DNA from: a virus
IMG/VR virus record: IMGVR_UViG_3300025668_000798
Location: 1 to 64,000 of that record
Strand: one strand, 5' to 3'
Length of the DNA: 64,000 nt
Shown piece after piece: positions 58,829-64,000 of this stretch (within the stretch, counting starts at the first letter, position 1; every line of letters begins with the position of its first letter). The notes under the pieces are model-generated. The model was given only the letters and a program-made list of their open reading frames with translations. It had not been told where the DNA came from and searched no databases. Made by a program: the position numbers and the translations under genes.

Positions 58829-60724
58829 TTATCGATCACGTTGTGGTATCTCAGGATATTTTATGCCCTCGCCGCTATCCCATACATCACTAATTAATGA
58901 TCTGTCTTTTGCTAGTCTTGATTCGTCTTCAACTGGAATATGAATATCTTGACTATCTGGCTTTGCTTCTGTTTTATCAGGAGTAACTGCTGCCGGATCC
59001 CAATTTTCATGCCCACTCCACGGTTCGTGCTGTGGTACTCTTGCAGGAAATAATGCTGCTAACGCAACTTCTTCGATTATTTTCGATTCTTCCGAAACAG
59101 TTGCTTCGGTTGCTTCAGTAGCTGCTGTTGCTTTGGCTGCTGTAGGTCCGTTCATGTGAATCGGGTTAGCAGTTTCGTAATGACCTTTACTGTTTATATT
59201 GCTATTACCACTACTGGTTATGTTTGTATTGCCTGTTGTAAGTGTTTCAAAGTTGCCGCCACTGGTGATTTTTGTAGTTTCTCCTACAAGTATTTCCATA
59301 TTAGTACCAACTTTTAATTTCATACTACCGCTTCCAGCAATACCTTCAATGCCTTCTAGTGCATTTATAAACAAAGATTTATCTGCTGTGATATGTGTGT
59401 TTTCAAATGAATGACTAAACAGATTCTTTTCAGTTAAAACGTGCATATCTTGAAGCGCAGTAACATATGTTTGCAAATAACTGTTGAATAAGTTTCTTTC
59501 TCCTGCTGTAACATAATTGTCTTGTACAGCGTACAGTTCAATATTTTTTGCAGCACTAGTTTTGTATGTTTCGCCTACACGATTTTCTATATTCTTACCA
59601 ACAGTATGATATTGATTTTCTACAGCATTAGTGTTTATATTTCTACCTGCTTCTAGATTAATATCTCTATCTGCAACAAAATTTATATCCTGTTCACTGT
59701 GAACACTAATACTATCTTGTGCATATATGTCAATCTTGCCATTGCTAGTAAGTTCAATCCAACTAGTTCCTCTACCGTTACCAATATAAATTAAATCTTC
59801 ACTATTATGCAGCAAAATTTGATGACCTGTACGTGTTCTAAAACGTATCATTTCGTTATGAGGAATTGCTTTGTCACCACCAGATGATGTTTCTTGATCT
59901 ATATACTCATAAGGAGTATCTTGAGCAGATCCTTTACGCAGTCTTTTATCATCACCGTCATCAATAACAAAACTTTGTCCACCTAATCTACTTTTTGGTA
60001 CAATAGCTTTGTTATTCTTAGTTCCTCGTTGTGCTCTTGGTCCTGCTTTATCACTTGGTCCAGGACTACTGATACCATATACACTACTAGGTATTTCTCT
60101 TCTTGCACTAGTGCTTGTTATTCCTCTAATGTCGTCTTCGGCTAATCCACTTTCTTTTAATTTTTCAATAAATTTTAAATTTAATGCTTTTTTATTTTTT
60201 GTAGGATCTTTTTGCTTGTCGCCATCAGTCCTTTTATTATATTCTGCGGTTGGTAATTTTTTACCTTTAACACCTTCGGGCGGTTTTCCTTTATAAAATT
60301 CAGTAGCTGGTTGACCACCAGGTACCATAAAATTCATAAATCTGTCTTGAACACATGCAAACCAATATCCTCTATTAATATCACCATCTACAAATCCGCA
60401 TAACACTCTTGTTCCTACATCCGGCGGCACTGCCCAAAATCCATAGCTTTGCTGTGTATCAGAATATGCATCACCAGGCGTTAAATGTTCTGCAGGAGTA
60501 GTGCCATAAAACACTGGTGCATAATCTACATCAACAGTTTCGCCTTCATCCTCTAATTCGTTTCCTGATGTATCAAAATTAATTAATGTTACTTTTAGTG
60601 CGCCCATGTAATGAGGATCCATATGACTAACAATACGTCCTATTTTAAAGCCATATTTTTTTGCAGCTTCTGAATCCTCCTGAGTTCTAGTCACTTGATT
60701 ATTTTTTGTATTATCTTGTGTCAT
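58829..60724 (-). CDS. Baseplate central spike (gp5/VgrG-like)
   Basis: OB-fold-like DP..MG.LKV, SYGFWAVPPDVGTRVL; RTRTGHQILLH, WIEL...GKIDIYA; beta-helix repeats. Confidence 0.78.
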   Translation of the reverse strand: MTQDNTKNNQVTRTQEDSEAAKKYGFKIGRIVSHMDPHYMGALKVTLINFDTSGNELEDEGETVDVDYAPVFYGTTPAEHLTPGDAYSDTQQSYGFWAVPPDVGTRVLCGFVDGDINRGYWFACVQDRFMNFMVPGGQPATEFYKGKPPEGVKGKKLPTAEYNKRTDGDKQKDPTKNKKALNLKFIEKLKESGLAEDDIRGITSTSARREIPSSVYGISSPGPSDKAGPRAQRGTKNNKAIVPKSRLGGQSFVIDDGDDKRLRKGSAQDTPYEYIDQETSSGGDKAIPHNEMIRFRTRTGHQILLHNSEDLIYIGNGRGTSWIELTSNGKIDIYAQDSISVHSEQDINFVADRDINLEAGRNINTNAVENQYHTVGKNIENRVGETYKTSAAKNIELYAVQDNYVTAGERNLFNSYLQTYVTALQDMHVLTEKNLFSHSFENTHITADKSLFINALEGIEGIAGSGSMKLKVGTNMEILVGETTKITSGGNFETLTTGNTNITSSGNSNINSKGHYETANPIHMNGPTAAKATAATEATEATVSEESKIIEEVALAALFPARVPQHEPWSGHENWDPAAVTPDKTEAKPDSQDIHIPVEDESRLAKDRSLISDVWDSGEGIKYPEIPQRDR

Positions 60725-60733
60725 TACGTTTCC

Positions 60734-62848
60734 TTAAAACGGGCTGTACGGCCCAGACTGACCTGATTGTAGTATTGGTTGAGAATCTTCACTCGGTACT
60801 TCGTCTTGATTTCGAAGCCTTAATAAATTTAATCTCTGTGTAAATTTACCGCTATTAATTGTATTTGTAATAGTCAATACTCTATATAATCCACTAAATG
60901 CGTTTACTGCTATACTTTGATCTTCTGGAAAATACATTGTATTATTTTCATTATAATCTATAGGTGTTCTAAAATTAACAATTACACTAGTTTCACTTCT
61001 TTGATAATCTAAGCTACCATCGCTATTGAGAAACAGAGCTGCTTCAGTACTATTATAATTTCCCATGCCGCTATCTGCCATAAAATACGGATCACCAAAT
61101 ATATCTATATCTAACTCTAATAAATCTACATCACTATTAATAATTAAATTATGAAATTGCTGTGCAGCAGAAATTTTACTGTTACTAATGCCATTGCCGC
61201 CGGCAGAACTAGTATTAGAAGTTAACACATTTCCAGTTTTTGCTAAACCTCCTGGATTTTGTGCATTGGAACTGCCTCCTATTTGCACATATTCAACTGC
61301 GCCTTGCCTTGTATTATCCTGTGTATTGCCAGTTGCATGATCTCCAGTAATATTGCCAAGATCTGTTTTTAAACCAACAAAAAACGCTGCATTAAGTCTT
61401 ATATCAAAATTTATAATATCGCTATTAGCACCAGTGTAGATGTAATTGTATTCTTTTGCTACAGCATTAGCCATAGGACTGTATCCAGGGCCTCCTGTAG
61501 TAGGCATTTGTATGGTACTCATATGAACTTTATAAGGAACTACTTCATATATGTAAGTTCTTGCTAATCTTCCGCTGTGTCTTTGCTGAGTTTTATTTGA
61601 ATCTAGTAATACTTTACTTTGTACTCTAAACCAATCTACATAACCATTAGAGTCAGGAGAAACTTCAGTTAAACCTTGCCCCCATTTACTGCTTAATATA
61701 ACATCTTCTATAATTTTTGTAACTTTTGTATTTTGTCCATAGTTGTAAACACGTAATTCGTCATTAAGTGTAATATTACTCCTATCAAATACATCATTTT
61801 TATATTTTGATCCTTCGGTAGGCATCGGACTTTTACCTGCTTCTGAAAATCCATCGATAATTTTAGCTGCACCAAAGTCATTGAGTCCTATTGACTCTGC
61901 TACACCAAACTGCGTACCTTGTGTTGCAACAAAGTTATCAACATAATTTTTTATACTAGGATCGATTGTATTTTGCCCTACTCCGCTATCCAGTATACCT
62001 GTTTGAAAACCTGATATTACTGCGCCAGGCACTCCTGGGTTGTCTACATCAATAAATTGCGCTGCTCCTATTTGAGTAGCTTGTAATGTTCCTAAATTAT
62101 TAGTAGACGAAACACTTGTTGGAAATATAATTGCAATACTATCAGCTTCTACTTCTTTACCTTCAGCAGTTTGACGTTGTAAGTTTGCATTTAGTACTGT
62201 AGATAAACTAAAAGGCCCATCTTGTAAGACTTCTGCTACTGTTCTTCCGGTAATTTGTATATCGCTATTTGTTCTTTCAATTTGATCAAAAAATGCAGTT
62301 TCGTTCCAAGGAATAGCTTCTATATTATATGTACTACCGCTTGAGTTTACATTAAATTGCAAATCTGTTAGTTGGATAGGATAGTGTCTTGTTAGGTTGT
62401 CAGTAACTACCACAGGATTTCCGTTGTCATCATATCCTATAAATTCAATTGTTAACAAATAAGGAGTATCTAAATAATTTACGTATTCATTTCCATAGGC
62501 TTCTTTAGCTGCAATTGCCAAAGTTTGTAAGAAAAGTCCCATACTATATGGTTCTACTACTTCAAAATTTACTGAAGTAGCGTTTGAACTTCTTGTTGTA
62601 CTATTATTAGTAACTAAACTTTCAATGTTTACATTATCAATAAAATATTCTAATTTGATACCTAATCTATCTTCATAATAGGTTGTTGTTTTGTTTGTGG
62701 CTCCGCCGCCTGAACGTAATAATACATTGCTAGGCTCTCTTATTTTATAAGTCGAGTTAGGTGAATTTACTTCGTTTGCAGTTAAAACTGATAACGTAAA
62801 AATTGTGTTAAATGTACTAAATGCATGAAGCGGATTAATTAAAGCCAT
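60734..62848 (-). CDS. Baseplate hub / tail protein (gp27/GpD-like, putative)
   Basis: F.VVEPYS..LF, PYLL.IEF.GYDD, I.GDPYF, FSGLYRV..I...I..GKFTQ.L.L.R; synteny before the spike. Confidence 0.6.
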   Translation of the reverse strand: MALINPLHAFSTFNTIFTLSVLTANEVNSPNSTYKIREPSNVLLRSGGGATNKTTTYYEDRLGIKLEYFIDNVNIESLVTNNSTTRSSNATSVNFEVVEPYSMGLFLQTLAIAAKEAYGNEYVNYLDTPYLLTIEFIGYDDNGNPVVVTDNLTRHYPIQLTDLQFNVNSSGSTYNIEAIPWNETAFFDQIERTNSDIQITGRTVAEVLQDGPFSLSTVLNANLQRQTAEGKEVEADSIAIIFPTSVSSTNNLGTLQATQIGAAQFIDVDNPGVPGAVISGFQTGILDSGVGQNTIDPSIKNYVDNFVATQGTQFGVAESIGLNDFGAAKIIDGFSEAGKSPMPTEGSKYKNDVFDRSNITLNDELRVYNYGQNTKVTKIIEDVILSSKWGQGLTEVSPDSNGYVDWFRVQSKVLLDSNKTQQRHSGRLARTYIYEVVPYKVHMSTIQMPTTGGPGYSPMANAVAKEYNYIYTGANSDIINFDIRLNAAFFVGLKTDLGNITGDHATGNTQDNTRQGAVEYVQIGGSSNAQNPGGLAKTGNVLTSNTSSAGGNGISNSKISAAQQFHNLIINSDVDLLELDIDIFGDPYFMADSGMGNYNSTEAALFLNSDGSLDYQRSETSVIVNFRTPIDYNENNTMYFPEDQSIAVNAFSGLYRVLTITNTINSGKFTQRLNLLRLRNQDEVPSEDSQPILQSGQSGPYSPF

Positions 62849-63150
62849 TAGATTCCTAATACCCTTTTAATGTTTGAACTCTTAGGAAGATAGATTTGTG
62901 TGCCTGCTTTAAAATCGTTAACTGGATCTTCAATTGTATCCATATTACGTTGAGTAAATACCCACCATAACTTACTCGTTCCGTAAATATCGTAAGCTAA
63001 CAAATCTGGTCTGTTTTCATATTGTGCTTCAATTGTGTAAACAATATCATCATCTTGTGCAGGAACCGGTCTTATAGAAAAATATCCTAAAGACCCGTCT
63101 TGTGCATATGGAGTTGTTTTATAAGGACTGGAACTACTATAATCTGGCAT
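62848..63150 (-). CDS. Baseplate wedge protein (gp53/LysM-like)
   Basis: Y..RPDLLAYDIYG...LWWVF..RN...DP..DF..G..IYLP. Confidence 0.78.
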   Translation of the reverse strand: MPDYSSSSPYKTTPYAQDGSLGYFSIRPVPAQDDDIVYTIEAQYENRPDLLAYDIYGTSKLWWVFTQRNMDTIEDPVNDFKAGTQIYLPKSSNIKRVLGI

Positions 63151-63959
63151 TATAAATATCCTTGTTCAATTAAATTACCATTAACAAAATCGTCTAAACT
63201 AAAGTTGTTAACTTTATTTCTGCTGTATGCTACTTTAAATACACATGTAATAGTGCTAAGTGTAGGCACCATACCGTTATTACTTAAACCAAAACCATCA
63301 ATGTCTGCTCCTGTAGCAAATTCAGATCTAATGTAATCAACATCTGCAGGCAAGTCAACTGTAAAAGAAGTTAATAATACAGGAATGTTTTTCATTACAT
63401 AATCACCATACCCGTTTAATCTCATAAGAGGAGGAGGTGATCCTTTATTACTAGTTTGACCATACGCCATTTTGCTTACACTTCGTAAAAAGTGTACTGC
63501 TGCAATCCAATACTTGCCATCTTCAGAATTTTGCACAGGAAATTGTCCTGCAATTTGAATATCTTCAACTCTACTGTTCTCATACTGAGGAAAAGCATAA
63601 TTATTATGAGTAGGACCAAACTCAGAATAGTTTGCACTATGGCTAAGTAACACTGTAGGAACGGTAGGCCATACCAAGGAGTTATTTGTATTTTTTAATG
63701 GAGCTAAAACAGGGCTACTACTAAATGCACCAGTAGTGGGGACACTTACACGCACTCTCCAATCATCGGTATAATCATTTGTGTAGCTAAAACTTGCTTG
63801 TGCAGCATTAGCTTGCGCAGGTTCAGCACCTGGCAATATGTTTCTACTCCTAAATCCAGACATTAGGTCATTTACATTACCTAAAAAGTCTGCTATAGGT
63901 GTGTTGTTGTTAGGTTGGTTGCCAGCAAAGGTTGACGGCGAACTTACTCTATTACTCAT
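63150..63959 (-). CDS. Tail tube initiator / baseplate protein (gp48/gp54-like, putative)
   Basis: P..P......ANY....PTH.NY, HFLRSVSKM.YG, G.PPP...L.GYG, .PV...SF..DLP.DVDY; synteny before gp53-like. Confidence 0.6.
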   Translation of the reverse strand: MSNRVSSPSTFAGNQPNNNTPIADFLGNVNDLMSGFRSRNILPGAEPAQANAAQASFSYTNDYTDDWRVRVSVPTTGAFSSSPVLAPLKNTNNSLVWPTVPTVLLSHSANYSEFGPTHNNYAFPQYENSRVEDIQIAGQFPVQNSEDGKYWIAAVHFLRSVSKMAYGQTSNKGSPPPLMRLNGYGDYVMKNIPVLLTSFTVDLPADVDYIRSEFATGADIDGFGLSNNGMVPTLSTITCVFKVAYSRNKVNNFSLDDFVNGNLIEQGYL

Positions 63960-63976
63960 GGTAGTCTCCTATATAG

Positions 63977-64000
63977 TATTTAGTTGACAAAATTAAGTGC
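63977..64000. promoter_or_regulatory. TAAATA late-type promoter (-), outward TTGACA (+) and half of the near-palindrome
   Basis: TATTTA at 63977-63982; TTGACA at 63984-63989; ATTAAGTGC at 63992-64000. Confidence 0.5.

Noticed and set aside
58829-60724. T4 gp5-type lysozyme domain
   Set aside because: No lysozyme motif recognised; only OB-fold-like and beta-helix regions

Overview
AT-rich segment of a large myovirus (contractile-tail phage) genome. It has two halves. About 30.8-64 kb is a minus-strand virion module: T4-like baseplate genes (gp48/54-, gp53-, hub-, gp5/VgrG-, gp25- and gp6-like), a 4528-aa multidomain wedge/adhesin protein, and several paralogous tail-fibre proteins. About 1-30.7 kb, directly downstream, is a dense biosynthetic-type cluster. 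It holds 13 radical SAM enzymes (7 with an N-terminal twitch domain, 3 with a C-terminal twitch and GxxGDP, 2 of a W-x5-CNYxCxYC type, one of which sits among the structural genes, and 1 B12-dependent), four Fe(II)/2OG dioxygenases, four glycosyltransferase-like proteins, a methyltransferase, an SDR, a GNAT-like protein and a nitroreductase fusion. Intergenic regions show a T4-late-like TAAATA element shared by structural and enzyme genes, near-consensus sigma70 promoters (three apparently leaderless), and a recurring TACGCA-centred near-palindrome. The leading hypothesis, which is inference, is a phage-encoded pathway that glycosylates and radically tailors virion proteins or another macromolecule. 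No tRNA, CRISPR array or mobile element was recognised.
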